A stretch of 62,794 nucleotides of DNA. Origin: Candidatus Zixiibacteriota bacterium (GTDB lineage Bacteria; JAAXHH01). A program made the position numbers and the translations under genes. Within the stretch, counting starts at the first letter, position 1; every line of letters starts with the position of its first letter. Below, piece by piece: positions 27,954-37,922 of the stretch. The notes beneath the pieces were generated by a model. That model did no database searches. It was not told where the DNA came from and saw only the letters and a list, made by a program, of their open reading frames with translations. The DNA is taken from contig VGJU01000001.1 of the NCBI GenBank assembly GCA_016867335.1, positions 1-62,794 of the forward strand, in the 5' to 3' direction.

Positions 27954-28064
27954 GGGAAACCGGTATCTTCGGCTTTGACAAAGGTTTCGGTCAATATAGA
28001 CCCGTGGAGAACGGACATGGACCGTTCCCCTAGCCAAAACGCGGGACATAATGCGCCGTTTTGG

Positions 28065-28984
28065 CTAGGTCATTCGGACCGCCGCAAGGTCTTCCCTCGG
28101 ATCTGCCGGTTCCTCAAGCGTCCGGTAGCGCGGTCTCCGCTGGATATATCCACTGCTTACGTGCAACGGGCGCAAGGCGTCGGGCAGACTGGCGACAAAA
28201 TCGGGTTCGAGACGGAAATCAGGTCGATGACTCTCCATAAATAGCCACGGGAAGTAGGTCGTCCCGTATCCGCAGATGATGATCGTCCGCTCCCGGTCGC
28301 TGGTAATGTCCCCCGTCGCGTGGAGTAACGCTTCTGTAAAAAGCAACGCCGAACCGGAAGGCGCGACGACTTGGTGAATCAACGACCGATCTGCATACGC
28401 CGCCTCGACGATCTCCCGCTCGTTGGCGTCCACCATGTGGCTACCGGGAATGACCACCGTACCGCCATCGTCGGGGCCAAGATCGGTCAGGTTGGTCAGC
28501 ACCTTTACAAACGACGAATGAAACAGTCCATTCCGGTAGTGGTTTCCCTCGGTAACGGGCAATCCTCGGTGAAAACCATACCGAGGTTAGCCATCCGCCC
28601 CCATGTCCCATTGCGGTGCTTTTCGGTTGATATGCGCGTTGGCCTCTAAAATATGCGCCTGTCCACCGATGACTTCCTCTTCCATGCCCACGTTTCAGGA
28701 TGAGTTACATAGGCTAAAATCGCCGGATAACGCCGGCTCTGGCCAATCGCCCCAATATAGTGGTGGTGTGGCATATCGTGCTGAAAATAGGCGTGGTCGA
28801 TGACACGCCGGTCCGGATCGGGGATAGCCAGTAAATCCCGTTTGAGCCGATGGAGGTCGTCGCGCATGGCCCCACACTCCTCCTCAGTCAAAACACCCGG
28901 TACGATGACATATCCGTGTACATCAAAAAAATACCGTTGTGCGGGTGTCAACGCGGGAAACGGTCTATGTTGCGGATGGGTCAT
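28065..28984 (-). pseudogene. PhyH-family 2OG dioxygenase, disrupted (one frameshift plus one in-frame TAA)
   Basis: The N-terminal piece (FFDVHGYVIVPGVLTEEEC) loses frame near 28690-28697. It continues as ..GMEEEVIGGQAHILEANAHINRKAPQWDMGADG, then an in-frame TAA at 28587-28589. The same frame then resumes as PRYGFHRGLPVTEGNHY...VVIPGSH. Confidence 0.6.
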
Positions 28985-29090
28985 ATAGTTCCCTGTGAAG
29001 TGACTGTGAGCCTTGAGGTATCGCTTTTCGGGAGTGGGCAGTCAAAAGGTACAGGTTCAAAACTGCCTGAAGTTGCAGTCTTTCACCCAA

Positions 29091-30041
29091 TCACCCGTCC
29101 CACCGCGATGTTTTGCGGAGGATTTCCCGGTCCGGGACGACCGGGCACGGATCGGCGGCGCGACGACGACACACCTCGAGTATGCGTTGGATCGCGTCGT
29201 ACAGGGCCTGCAGAAACACCCGGTCGCCTTTGAGCAACGCGCCGATACCACGCAGGGTCATCCAAAGGGCGTGATACGCCAACAGTCGGCGGTCTCGAAT
29301 GTTGCGCCACACGAACAGGATTCGGTTTCTCCGGCTGATACGTTCTACCGTCCGGATTTCATACGCCGATTTGATTGTCGCGCTGTGTTCGTGTCGCGCC
29401 CGGCTTTGCGGTTCATAGCGTATTTCCCATCCACGTTGCCAAGCGCGGTAGGAAAGATCAAGGTCTTCCGAGTAAAACGGCGCATACAGCGGGTCGAATC
29501 CGCCTAGCTCGAGAAATTTCGCTCTGCTCCATGCCGCCGCCGCTCCGTTGGCGTAGAGCGAGAGAGTGGGGCGCTCCCTGTCGGCATCGCGTTCGGCCCA
29601 GCGCAGTCTAAGCAGACCGCCGTGAAAGTATCCGCGTACCAACCCTCCACCCGGCGTACTCCCGTCCATCTGAAACACCCTTGCATTGACGGCAAACACC
29701 CGGTCGTCCCGAAAGTTTACCAACAGGGGCGCAAGAAACCCGGGTTCGACCACGATGTCGTTGTTGAGCAGAACCACGACCGGGGCGCCGCTTTGCGCGA
29801 CCCCTTTGTTGCACGCCGCGCCAAAACCTCCGTTTTGCTCATGCCGCACCACCACGACACCGGGAAATGACGCAAGGATATGCTCCTGCGTACCGTCCGT
29901 ACTGCCGTCGTCTACTACGATAATTTCCACATTTCCCATATCGCCCGACCGCAACACGGACCGCAGACACCGGTCTACCCACTCACGTCCGTTCCATGTC
30001 GGAATGACGATACTGCATGCGGGACAGGCAGAATCGCTCAT
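29091..30041 (-). CDS. family 2 glycosyltransferase
   Basis: 316 aa with CSIVIPTWNG...VEIIVVDDGSTDGT. Confidence 0.85.
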   Translation of the reverse strand: MSDSACPACSIVIPTWNGREWVDRCLRSVLRSGDMGNVEIIVVDDGSTDGTQEHILASFPGVVVVRHEQNGGFGAACNKGVAQSGAPVVVLLNNDIVVEPGFLAPLLVNFRDDRVFAVNARVFQMDGSTPGGGLVRGYFHGGLLRLRWAERDADRERPTLSLYANGAAAAWSRAKFLELGGFDPLYAPFYSEDLDLSYRAWQRGWEIRYEPQSRARHEHSATIKSAYEIRTVERISRRNRILFVWRNIRDRRLLAYHALWMTLRGIGALLKGDRVFLQALYDAIQRILEVCRRRAADPCPVVPDREILRKTSRWDG

Positions 30042-30835
30042 GCGATAGGTTGGTCGGACGTGGACGTGTCCGCATCATACGCCGATCCGGGCTTGGGGCA
30101 GGTCATTTGCCATACCTTGACCAGACGCAAAAACGAATACAGCCCCATACACAAACTGAATAGCAACCCGATGTACCCGTCCCGGTAGCCTTGTTTGACG
30201 ATAAAACACTTCCACGCCATGCCGATGGGCGAAAAGACCACCCGCGCGCGGCCTGCGCGCTGGCCCTGTCGAACCCGGTCTTCAGCGTCCACGGTAGTAT
30301 AATAGTCGATCCGAGAGATAAAATCGCTTATCGTGTTGTGCGAGTCGTGATACAAATCTTCGTGAAGGAGTCCCATTTCGCCTTCCACCTCGATATGGGC
30401 ATGCGCGCCGCCGGTCCAGTACCCTTTGCCACGCCGTAGCAGACGCGGTTGATAGCTTGGATTGAGCGTGCCGTGCCGGATCGGATATCCGAGAAAGTGT
30501 TCGACCCGGTGTATCTTGTATCCGTCGCAAGGAGGATCGGTCTCCAACATCTTCCTCAACCGAGCGTTGAGACCGTCCGTCAAGTATTCGTCGGCATCCA
30601 AAAACAAAATCCAGTCGCCGGTGGCGTATTCCATGCCGAGCGTGCGCTGACGGGCAAACCCCTGCCACGGGTGTCGGTATATCCGGTCCGTGTATTCGGC
30701 GGCGATATCGGTGGTTTTGTCCGTGCTAAAGCTGTCCACCACGACGATCTCGTCGGCCCATCGGACCAGTTCGAGACATCGCCGGAGTTTTTTTTCTTCG
30801 TTTAACGTGATGACGACGACGGACAGACGGTTCAT
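30038..30835 (-). CDS. family 2 glycosyltransferase
   Basis: Track ORF trimmed to MNRLSVVVITLNEEKKL...VVVDSFSTDKT (265 aa). 4-nt overlap with the downstream GT2. Confidence 0.8.
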   Translation of the reverse strand: MNRLSVVVITLNEEKKLRRCLELVRWADEIVVVDSFSTDKTTDIAAEYTDRIYRHPWQGFARQRTLGMEYATGDWILFLDADEYLTDGLNARLRKMLETDPPCDGYKIHRVEHFLGYPIRHGTLNPSYQPRLLRRGKGYWTGGAHAHIEVEGEMGLLHEDLYHDSHNTISDFISRIDYYTTVDAEDRVRQGQRAGRARVVFSPIGMAWKCFIVKQGYRDGYIGLLFSLCMGLYSFLRLVKVWQMTCPKPGSAYDADTSTSDQPIA

Positions 30836-30840
30836 ACCGT

Positions 30841-31641
30841 TTACCGGTGGAGGTCTTGGGGCAGGTCTTCGGGGTTTTGCCACCGATGCCACAGCTTGGC
30901 GTATTTGGCAAACACATAAGAGGCGGACAGCCCGCACAGAATCAACCCCGGCAGACCGTCCAGAAAACCCCGTTTGAGTACGTACATCTTGAAGAAGGCG
31001 AAGATGGGGCGGACGAGAAGGTCCGTCAACCGGAATCGGCGGCCCGACCGGTAAAGCTGATCGGCGGCAAGCGAGGTGTACCGGTTGAATTTGGTCAGAT
31101 AATGCTCCAGCGATGGATCGGTGTGATGGATAAGCGGCGAGGTGAGAGAAGCGACGGGGCCGTCCACAAGCACCCGTTCGTGTACGAGGACGTCGGAAAA
31201 ACGGCCTGCTTCGCGCCGAAACAGACGAAGGACATCGTCCGGATACCATCCGCAGTGCGCGATCCATCGTCCAAGAAAAATGGCTTTGCGCGGGATGTAA
31301 AACCCTGCCGTATCCGTCCGTCGGAGCGCGGCAAGGATTTCCTCACGGAGCGCGGGCGTAACCCGCTCGTCGGCGTCGATCCAGAGTATCCACCCGCAGG
31401 TGGCTGTCTTGCACCCGATTTCCTTGCTTTCCGAATACCCGCGCCATTCGGTTTCGATGACACGCGCCCCACACGCTTGCGCCTGCGCGACCGTATCGTC
31501 CGTACTCCCGGTGTCGACCACGATCACCTCGTCGGCAAACCCTACGGTTTCGAGACACGGGCGTATCTGATGCGCTTCGTTTTTGACCAAAACGATGGCG
31601 GAGAGTGACGTGTCGGGCGGAGAAGAGGAGGGGGCGGTCAC
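30841..31641 (-). CDS. family 2 glycosyltransferase
   Basis: 266 aa with LSAIVLVKNEAHQI...VIVVDTGSTDDT. Confidence 0.85.
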   Translation of the reverse strand: MTAPSSSPPDTSLSAIVLVKNEAHQIRPCLETVGFADEVIVVDTGSTDDTVAQAQACGARVIETEWRGYSESKEIGCKTATCGWILWIDADERVTPALREEILAALRRTDTAGFYIPRKAIFLGRWIAHCGWYPDDVLRLFRREAGRFSDVLVHERVLVDGPVASLTSPLIHHTDPSLEHYLTKFNRYTSLAADQLYRSGRRFRLTDLLVRPIFAFFKMYVLKRGFLDGLPGLILCGLSASYVFAKYAKLWHRWQNPEDLPQDLHR

Positions 31642-31660
31642 TAGGCGGTATCCGGCGTGG

Positions 31661-32170
31661 TTATTTGATCACACGCAAGGTAACGTCTACATACAGCGCC
31701 GGGAAGAGAAAGGAGACATACTTTTCCCAGCGCCGAGGGAAGAGATTGGCCATCGCGGCGATGCCGACGACCCGGTAAAAGTCGGTAAATACGAGTCGGT
31801 GTCGTTCGAGCCGAAACCGACCGCCGTTGCACAGATGGGTAAAGGTGACGTGTCCGAAATGGTGATAGTGGGTCAGGTCGCCATAGGAAAGCTGAGAGGT
31901 GTAATGCGGAGTGACGATGCGCACGGTGGCGTTGGGACGGGCGATGCGCCATACTTCCTGCATGGCCTGCGCCGGGTGGAGCAGATGTTCGAGGATGTGT
32001 GACATCTCGATATGCTCGAATCGTCCGTCTTCGAACGGATAGGGATATGCGTTGAGGTCCTGGACCAGATCGACGTGCGGCGCGGGTATGATGTCCACCC
32101 CGATGGAGTCGTTCATTTTGCGGAAGGGGCCGCATCCCAGATCGAGCACGACAGACATGGCCAATGCCAC
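31661..32170 (-). CDS. class I SAM-dependent methyltransferase
   Basis: 169 aa with VLDLGCGP motif I, and ILEHL. Confidence 0.75.
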   Translation of the reverse strand: MALAMSVVLDLGCGPFRKMNDSIGVDIIPAPHVDLVQDLNAYPYPFEDGRFEHIEMSHILEHLLHPAQAMQEVWRIARPNATVRIVTPHYTSQLSYGDLTHYHHFGHVTFTHLCNGGRFRLERHRLVFTDFYRVVGIAAMANLFPRRWEKYVSFLFPALYVDVTLRVIK

Positions 32171-32278
32171 CGTAGGGACACGGTATCCGTATCCCGGTAT
32201 AGGTAAAACGCGGCGGGAGTGTCCGCGCAGATATCCCAGCCACGTTACGACGGGATCGACATGGGTACGGGTCTACCG

Positions 32279-32869
32279 TCAGAACCGGAAAAACAGACCG
32301 ACGCTTGTTCCGAGATGGACGGAAGCGCGGAAGGCGCTACGCGGGCCGGAAAGCGGAAACCGCGCAACATCGCTACCGGTAAGCGCGATTCCGGCAAGCG
32401 CCGCGATTTTCCAGTGTCGGGTAAGCAGATATTCGGTTCCGGCGTATTCGACACCGCCAAAGGTCATAAGCGCATCTTCCTGATCTACTTTTTTCTCCGG
32501 GTCGTAGTAGAAGAGGGCGGGGCCGGCGGCCACAAAGGGTCTGAAATGCGCAGACGGTGACAGCGTGGCTTTGACGGCGGCGCACAGCGAGTACAGGTTG
32601 ACTGGGAACCCGGCATGACCTTCGCCGGACGTATACACGCACCCGGCTGTGCCAAGAAGGGAAAACGGACCGGTCAGATCGATTTCCATCTGGCCTTCGA
32701 CATAGAACGCGCCGTCTTCGACCGCCGGATTGCCCGACGAGCCATTTAGTCCCCCCAGAGCGCCGAGACCGAGCGGAACCGGACGGCTTTCCTGCGCCGC
32801 GCCGCCGACCGGACACAGAAAAACCGACAGAAAGAAGAGTACAGGGTAAAAACCGGTATGGGGTTTCAA
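32279..32869 (-). CDS. outer-membrane beta-barrel protein (OmpW/porin-like)
   Basis: TTG start, signal peptide, alternating hydrophobic strands, and a C-terminal GLFFRF ending in Phe. Confidence 0.65.
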   Translation of the reverse strand: MKPHTGFYPVLFFLSVFLCPVGGAAQESRPVPLGLGALGGLNGSSGNPAVEDGAFYVEGQMEIDLTGPFSLLGTAGCVYTSGEGHAGFPVNLYSLCAAVKATLSPSAHFRPFVAAGPALFYYDPEKKVDQEDALMTFGGVEYAGTEYLLTRHWKIAALAGIALTGSDVARFPLSGPRSAFRASVHLGTSVGLFFRF

Positions 32870-32898
32870 ACTTCACCCTTCAAACTTTACCCTTTCAG
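32867..32898 (-). repeat. tandem 14-nt unit AAGGGTAAAGTTTG + AAGGGTGAAGTTTG
   Basis: The minus strand reads ctgaAAGGGTAAAGTTTGAAGGGTGAAGTTTG. The second unit is identical to 15386-15399 on the plus strand. Confidence 0.8.
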
Positions 32899-33665
32899 AT
32901 CAGCGCTCTCGACTGACACCCGTCTACGTTGATACAGGCTCCGTTGACCCAACTGGCACGATCGGACGCCAAAAATACCACGACATTGGCGATTTCTTCC
33001 GGTGTGCCAAAGCGTCCGCACGGGATTTCGCGTTCGACAAACTGCCGGATGCCTTCCGGATCGGCGTCGAGGCGTTTCTGCCAGTTGCCGCCCGGAAAGA
33101 TGACCGATCCCGGTGCTACGGTATTGACACGAATACCGGTTTTGGCAAGCTCTTTGGCGAGCATTTTTCCCATGCTGATCTCGGCGGCTTTGGTGGCGTT
33201 GTAGGTAACCGGGCCACCCGACTCGCGTCCAAAGATGGACGAAATGGTGATGATCGAACCGCTTCCCCGTGTCTTCATCGACGCAAGCGCTGCGCGTGTC
33301 ATGCGCACTGCCGCAAACAGGTTGAGGTTGAAGATATCCATCCATTCCTCATCCGGCACGTTTTCAAACGGGGTCCACTTGCTTCCACCCACGTTGTTGA
33401 CCAACACGTCGATACGTCCCCACCGGGCCAGCGTTGCCGCGACGACCCGCTCCACTTCTTCGGGGCGGGTTACATCCGCCGGGGTCGCCAGCGTCTCCAC
33501 GCCTTTGACACCCACTTCCGCCGCCGTCTGTTTGAGCGTTTCCTCGCCACGAGCACACAGACTTACATGACACCCCTCGTCGGCAAGCCCCAGCGCGATC
33601 GCGCGTCCTATACCCCGGCTGGAGCCGGTTACCAATGCGACCTTATCTTTGAGACCCAAGTCCAT
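32895..33665 (-). CDS. short-chain dehydrogenase/reductase (FabG-like)
   Basis: Track ORF trimmed to MDLGLKDKVALVTGSSRGIG (256 aa). Carries NNVG and YNATKAA. Confidence 0.8.
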   Translation of the reverse strand: MDLGLKDKVALVTGSSRGIGRAIALGLADEGCHVSLCARGEETLKQTAAEVGVKGVETLATPADVTRPEEVERVVAATLARWGRIDVLVNNVGGSKWTPFENVPDEEWMDIFNLNLFAAVRMTRAALASMKTRGSGSIITISSIFGRESGGPVTYNATKAAEISMGKMLAKELAKTGIRVNTVAPGSVIFPGGNWQKRLDADPEGIRQFVEREIPCGRFGTPEEIANVVVFLASDRASWVNGACINVDGCQSRALI

Positions 33666-33750
33666 AAATCGCTCCTTGTGTATGTACGGTTTTTTTCCTA
33701 TCCGCAAACCCATCCCGGAGTCGAACAAAGCAGGTTTTCGGAGACACAAG

Positions 33751-35115
33751 TCACGCACCTTCTTGGTGCGGTCTCTCGCGTCCGACGACCGCATCGACCA
33801 CCTGACCGGCAAGTCCGGTATAGGCACGCGGTTCCAGCAGTGCTTCTACATCTTCTTCCCGCAGATGATCGCGTACTTGTGGTTCTTGCATCAGCGCGGT
33901 TTTGAGCGAAATACCTTCTTCATACGCCCGCATCGAGGCGTGGTATACCACATCGTGCGCATCCTGTCTGCCGATATGAGCGGCCAGTTTGAGCATCGCC
34001 GCTTCGGAGAGGATGAGCCCTTGGAGCATGTCTACGTTGCGGGCCATACGCTCCGGGTATACGATAAGCCCGTTGATCACCCGGATCGTCTGTGCCAGTG
34101 CGCCGGCAACGAGCAGACACGTTTCGGGCACGAGCGCCCATTCGATATGTACCTGCGCCCAGTCGCGTTCGTGTTCGTGACCCATGGCCTCGAGCGCAAG
34201 GGGAACCTGCTGTCGCGCCAGCCGTGTCACGCCTACGATGGCTTCGCAGATCATGGGATTGCGTTTGTGGGGCATGGTGCTGCTACCCACTTTGCCGTAG
34301 ACGTAGGGTTCTTCGAGTTCGGCGATTTCGGTCCGTTGGAGATTGATCACTTCGTTGGCGATTTTTCCTATGGTTGCGGCGATCATACCGAGGATGGAGA
34401 CAAATTCGGCGATGCCGTCGCGTGCGGTATGCCAAGGGATTTCGGTAACGCCGAGACCGAGATCGTCCATCATGCGTTTACGGATTTCGGGGCCGTGCTC
34501 GGCGACCGAGGCGAGCGTGCCTGCGGCCCCGGCAAACTGGCCGATCAGAAGACGCGGTTTGCATTGATCGAGTCGCTCGATATGACGGCGTGTCTCGGCG
34601 ACCCATATCGCCATCTTGTATCCGAACGTCACGGGCAGGGCGTGCTGGCCGTGCGTGCGTCCCGGCATCAGGGTATCGCGGTGTTCGACGGCGCGGGTGG
34701 CAAGTGCGGTTCCCAGTGCCGTCAGATCGCGTAAAACGAGTCGATACGCCTCTCCGATCTGGAGTACGAGCGCCGTGTCGGTGATGTCTTGTGTCGTCGC
34801 ACCCCAGTGGATGTACTGGCCGGCGTCGTCATCGCAGACTCGCTGGAGCGCGCGGATCACCGGCACGATGGGGTGGCTGGTGGTCTCCATCTCGTGGGCG
34901 ATGACGGCTTTTTCCAAATACGCTGATCTGGCTTTTCGGACGATTTCTTTGGCGGCTTTAGCGGGGATCAGTCCGATGGCGGCTTCGGCGCGTGCCAGCG
35001 CCGCCTCCACGTCGAGCCAGCGCTGGAGCAGGGTGTCGTCGTCAAACACCCGGCGCATCTCTTCCGTGCCGTACTGGTCGCGGAAAAACACCGAATCGGT
35101 GACGTGGCTGCCCAT
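33751..35115 (-). CDS. fumarate-lyase superfamily enzyme (adenylosuccinate lyase / 3-carboxymuconate cycloisomerase-like)
   Basis: 454 aa with the GSSTMPHKRNP signature. Confidence 0.8.
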   Translation of the reverse strand: MGSHVTDSVFFRDQYGTEEMRRVFDDDTLLQRWLDVEAALARAEAAIGLIPAKAAKEIVRKARSAYLEKAVIAHEMETTSHPIVPVIRALQRVCDDDAGQYIHWGATTQDITDTALVLQIGEAYRLVLRDLTALGTALATRAVEHRDTLMPGRTHGQHALPVTFGYKMAIWVAETRRHIERLDQCKPRLLIGQFAGAAGTLASVAEHGPEIRKRMMDDLGLGVTEIPWHTARDGIAEFVSILGMIAATIGKIANEVINLQRTEIAELEEPYVYGKVGSSTMPHKRNPMICEAIVGVTRLARQQVPLALEAMGHEHERDWAQVHIEWALVPETCLLVAGALAQTIRVINGLIVYPERMARNVDMLQGLILSEAAMLKLAAHIGRQDAHDVVYHASMRAYEEGISLKTALMQEPQVRDHLREEDVEALLEPRAYTGLAGQVVDAVVGRERPHQEGA

Positions 35116-35117
35116 GA

Positions 35118-36158
35118 TCAGTCTACAGGGCTGAGGAGGATTTTCATCCCCTCTTTGCGGTGGAGACGGTCAAAAGCGGTTTTCCATTCGGTGATGGGTA
35201 GCACATCCGAAACGATGGGGGCCAATTCGATTTTCTTTTGCCGGAGAAGCGTCATGGTGCGGTCCCACGACTGGAGCGACCCGGAAAACGAGGTGCGGAG
35301 GGTGATTTCCTTTAGTTCCGCTTTGAAAAGATCGATTTCGAATGGGCGGCCATGCAGACCGATCTGCATGAGTATACCTTCTTTGCGCAACAGGTCGATA
35401 CCGGAGCAAGTGGCGGCGGCGGAACCAGAACATTCGAGTACGATGTCAGCGCCGTGACCGTCGGTAAGGTCTTTTACGATCTCGTCAAGATTTTCTTCTT
35501 CTATGTTGACTGTCAGATCTACCCAACGAGCGCCGAGGGCAAGTCGTTCGCGGTCGATCGACGTGCCGGTAAGGATCACATAAGCGCCTTCTGCGCGGGC
35601 CACCTGCGCCGTAAGCAACCCGATGGGGCCAGGACCGGTGACGACGACGATATCGCCCGCGGTGACACGTGTAAGCAGGGACACCGCCTTGACACAACAG
35701 GAAAGTGGTTCACTCATGGCGCCGCTGTGGCAATCGATATGCGCGGGCAGTTTTCGGATCGACCAGGCGGGAACGACCAGATAGCGGGTAAACGCGCCCT
35801 GTATACCGCTGCCAAAGGAAAGCCGCGTGGGGCACAGGCTGAGTTGACCTTCCTGACAGTAGCGACAAGCGCCGCAGACGATGACCGTAGGTAGCGCCGT
35901 GACGGCGTCGCCGGGAGCGATATGGTCTGTTCCGTCGGCATCTACGACGATACCGGCTACTTCGTGTCCCAAGACGACAGGCGGTCGGCACGGGTATTCG
36001 TGCGCATAGATGTGCAAGTCCGTACCACAGATACCTGTGGCGCGGACCTCTATCTTGACATGGCCGGGGCGCATATCGGGTTCGGGCACGTCCTGTACGG
36101 CGAGATTGCCCGGTCCGAGCGCGTATTTGACCAAACCTTTCATGGATACCTCCGACAT
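35118..36158 (-). CDS. zinc-dependent medium-chain alcohol/polyol dehydrogenase
   Basis: 346 aa with GHEVAGIVV, a structural Cys cluster CGACRYC, and VVTGPGPIG. Confidence 0.85.
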   Translation of the reverse strand: MSEVSMKGLVKYALGPGNLAVQDVPEPDMRPGHVKIEVRATGICGTDLHIYAHEYPCRPPVVLGHEVAGIVVDADGTDHIAPGDAVTALPTVIVCGACRYCQEGQLSLCPTRLSFGSGIQGAFTRYLVVPAWSIRKLPAHIDCHSGAMSEPLSCCVKAVSLLTRVTAGDIVVVTGPGPIGLLTAQVARAEGAYVILTGTSIDRERLALGARWVDLTVNIEEENLDEIVKDLTDGHGADIVLECSGSAAATCSGIDLLRKEGILMQIGLHGRPFEIDLFKAELKEITLRTSFSGSLQSWDRTMTLLRQKKIELAPIVSDVLPITEWKTAFDRLHRKEGMKILLSPVD

Positions 36159-36191
36159 GGATACGACAGGGTTGTAATGTCAACATTGCCG

Positions 36192-36219
36192 TTGACAGAG
36201 AGGGTGTCCGGCATATATT
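36192..36219 (+). promoter_or_regulatory. sigma70-type promoter candidate for the tRNA
   Basis: TTGACA, a 16-nt spacer, then TATATT. It ends 14 nt before the tRNA 5' end. Confidence 0.55.
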
Positions 36220-36233
36220 ACGCCGCGACGTTT

Positions 36234-36306
36234 GCCCCTGTAGCTCAGAGGATAGAGCAGCGGTTTCCTAAACCGTTGGTCGGGTGTTCGAGTCTCCCCA
36301 GGGGCA
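36234..36306 (+). tRNA. tRNA-Arg (anticodon CCU)
   Basis: Hand-folded cloverleaf. The 7-bp acceptor GCCCCTG/CAGGGGC is present, with U8, a D-arm GCTC/GAGC with GG, and anticodon stem GCGGT/ACCGT with loop TT-CCT-AA. The T-arm GGGTG/CTCCC has a TTCGAGT loop and one U-U mismatch. No CCA is encoded. Confidence 0.85.
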
Positions 36307-36307
36307 T

Positions 36308-37003
36308 CTATCCTCGTTCTACGGACCGTTCGAGCAGTTGTTGCAGACGTTCCGGAAAAGCCGTGTATATTTCCCTTTTGACAAGAGGCCAGCCTTCGGG
36401 GGGTCTGTATACATACCACGGGATATAGGCGGCGTTGGCGCCCATCCGGTGCGCCGAAACGGCCGTATTGGGACCGTTGCGATGCCATGTGGCGCCGTGC
36501 CAGATCAGCACCGACCCTTTTTTTCCTATCATCGGTATTTCTTTTTCGAGGGCATCGGCGTCAGGTGGACGACCCGACACATGGCTTCCCGGAACCAGCC
36601 GTGTCGCGCCGTTGTCCGGCGTGAAGTCGGTCAGCATCCACATGGTCTGAAGCAGCATGGGCCATGGCGGCCAAGGCTGTTTGACCCCGCCCAGTGGCCA
36701 GTCGGAATGAAGCCCGCCTCCCGGGGCGCCGGGTTGACACCACATCATGCACACGTTGTTTGCGAGAAAAAACGGTTTGCCCAGCAGACGTTCGGCGATT
36801 TCCATGATGGCCGGATGATGACACAGCTGCGCGAGGTCCGGGATCGGGTTGAGCGCGCCTTCCAGTTTGACATAACCGCCGGTCCGGTTCATGAGCGGCT
36901 GTGCCAGACGGTCCAACCGTTCCGCCTCGGCAGGATCGAGTAGGTTCTCCAGGATACAGTATCCGTTTTGTTCGATATGAGCGACCGCAACGTCGGTATC
37001 CAT
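36308..37003 (-). CDS. PhyH-family 2OG-Fe(II) dioxygenase
   Basis: 231 aa with IEQNGYCILENLL, GGGLHSDWP and ATWHRNGPN. Confidence 0.75.
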   Translation of the reverse strand: MDTDVAVAHIEQNGYCILENLLDPAEAERLDRLAQPLMNRTGGYVKLEGALNPIPDLAQLCHHPAIMEIAERLLGKPFFLANNVCMMWCQPGAPGGGLHSDWPLGGVKQPWPPWPMLLQTMWMLTDFTPDNGATRLVPGSHVSGRPPDADALEKEIPMIGKKGSVLIWHGATWHRNGPNTAVSAHRMGANAAYIPWYVYRPPEGWPLVKREIYTAFPERLQQLLERSVERG

Positions 37004-37054
37004 AAACGCTCTTTTCTTGTTCTCACGATCCTGCTTTGAGCGGCTGGCAACGCC

Positions 37055-37069
37055 GGTTATATTATAACC
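37055..37069. promoter_or_regulatory. 15-bp perfect palindrome GGTTATA-T-TATAACC (candidate operator)
   Basis: It lies in the divergent intergenic region between the PhyH gene and the RibD_C-like gene. Confidence 0.3.
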
Positions 37070-37201
37070 CTACGATCTCTATGACCAGCATTTTCTTGTT
37101 TGGTGTCTATTCGAAAACCGACGCGGAGTTTTCCGGTGAGGTAAGCGTCGGGCAAGAGGCGCTCAACGCCCCACCCACCCGAATGTCGGAGAAACCGAGT
37201 C

Positions 37202-37798
37202 ATGAGAAAAATCATCGTGCTTGAACATATTTCCCTCGATGGGGTCATACAAGCCCCAGGCGGGCCGGACGAAGATACCAGCGGCGGTTTTGCGTATGTC
37301 GGGTGGATAGCGCCCTATTCCGACCCGATCCTCGGGACGGCGCTGAGAAGACAGATGAACCTGCCATTCGACTTGCTGTTAGGACGCAAAACTTTTGAAA
37401 TCTGGGCGCCGTACTGGCCGCAACATGGGGATATATGGCCGGGTGTCAACGCGGCAACCAAGTACGTCGTCTCGAATACCCTGACATCCGGTGCATGGCA
37501 GCCGTCCGTGTTTCTAAACGGAGACATTGCGGAGAAAGTCACCCAAATCAAACAACAGAAAGGACCCGATTTGCACGTCTGGGGAAGCGGTAATCTCATT
37601 CAGACGCTTATCAGGCAAGATTTGGTCGATACGTTTTGGCTGATGATATATCCGATCACGTTGGGCGGTGGAAAACGATTGTTTGCCGAGGGCACGATCC
37701 CGGCGGCGTTCAAGGTGACGGAAAGCACGGTCACCCCGAGTGGCGTCATTGTCGTGCGTTATGAGCGGGCCGGTGCAATGGCAAACGGAAGTCTATAA
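37202..37798 (+). CDS. dihydrofolate-reductase-like (RibD C-terminal domain) protein
   Basis: 198 aa with [36 protein letters not shown] and [10 protein letters not shown]. Confidence 0.8.
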   Translation: MRKIIVLEHISLDGVIQAPGGPDEDTSGGFAYVGWIAPYSDPILGTALRRQMNLPFDLLLGRKTFEIWAPYWPQHGDIWPGVNAATKYVVSNTLTSGAWQPSVFLNGDIAEKVTQIKQQKGPDLHVWGSGNLIQTLIRQDLVDTFWLMIYPITLGGGKRLFAEGTIPAAFKVTESTVTPSGVIVVRYERAGAMANGSL

Positions 37799-37922
37799 AC
37801 TGCCCGACCCATGCGGCGTTCTGCGTGGACTACGCCCCGCAGACGCACATAGTTTCAATCGCCGATAGCACTGAACTATACAAACGAGACGGGATGCTCG
37901 TACTTCCGGGAAGGAGTCTTTC

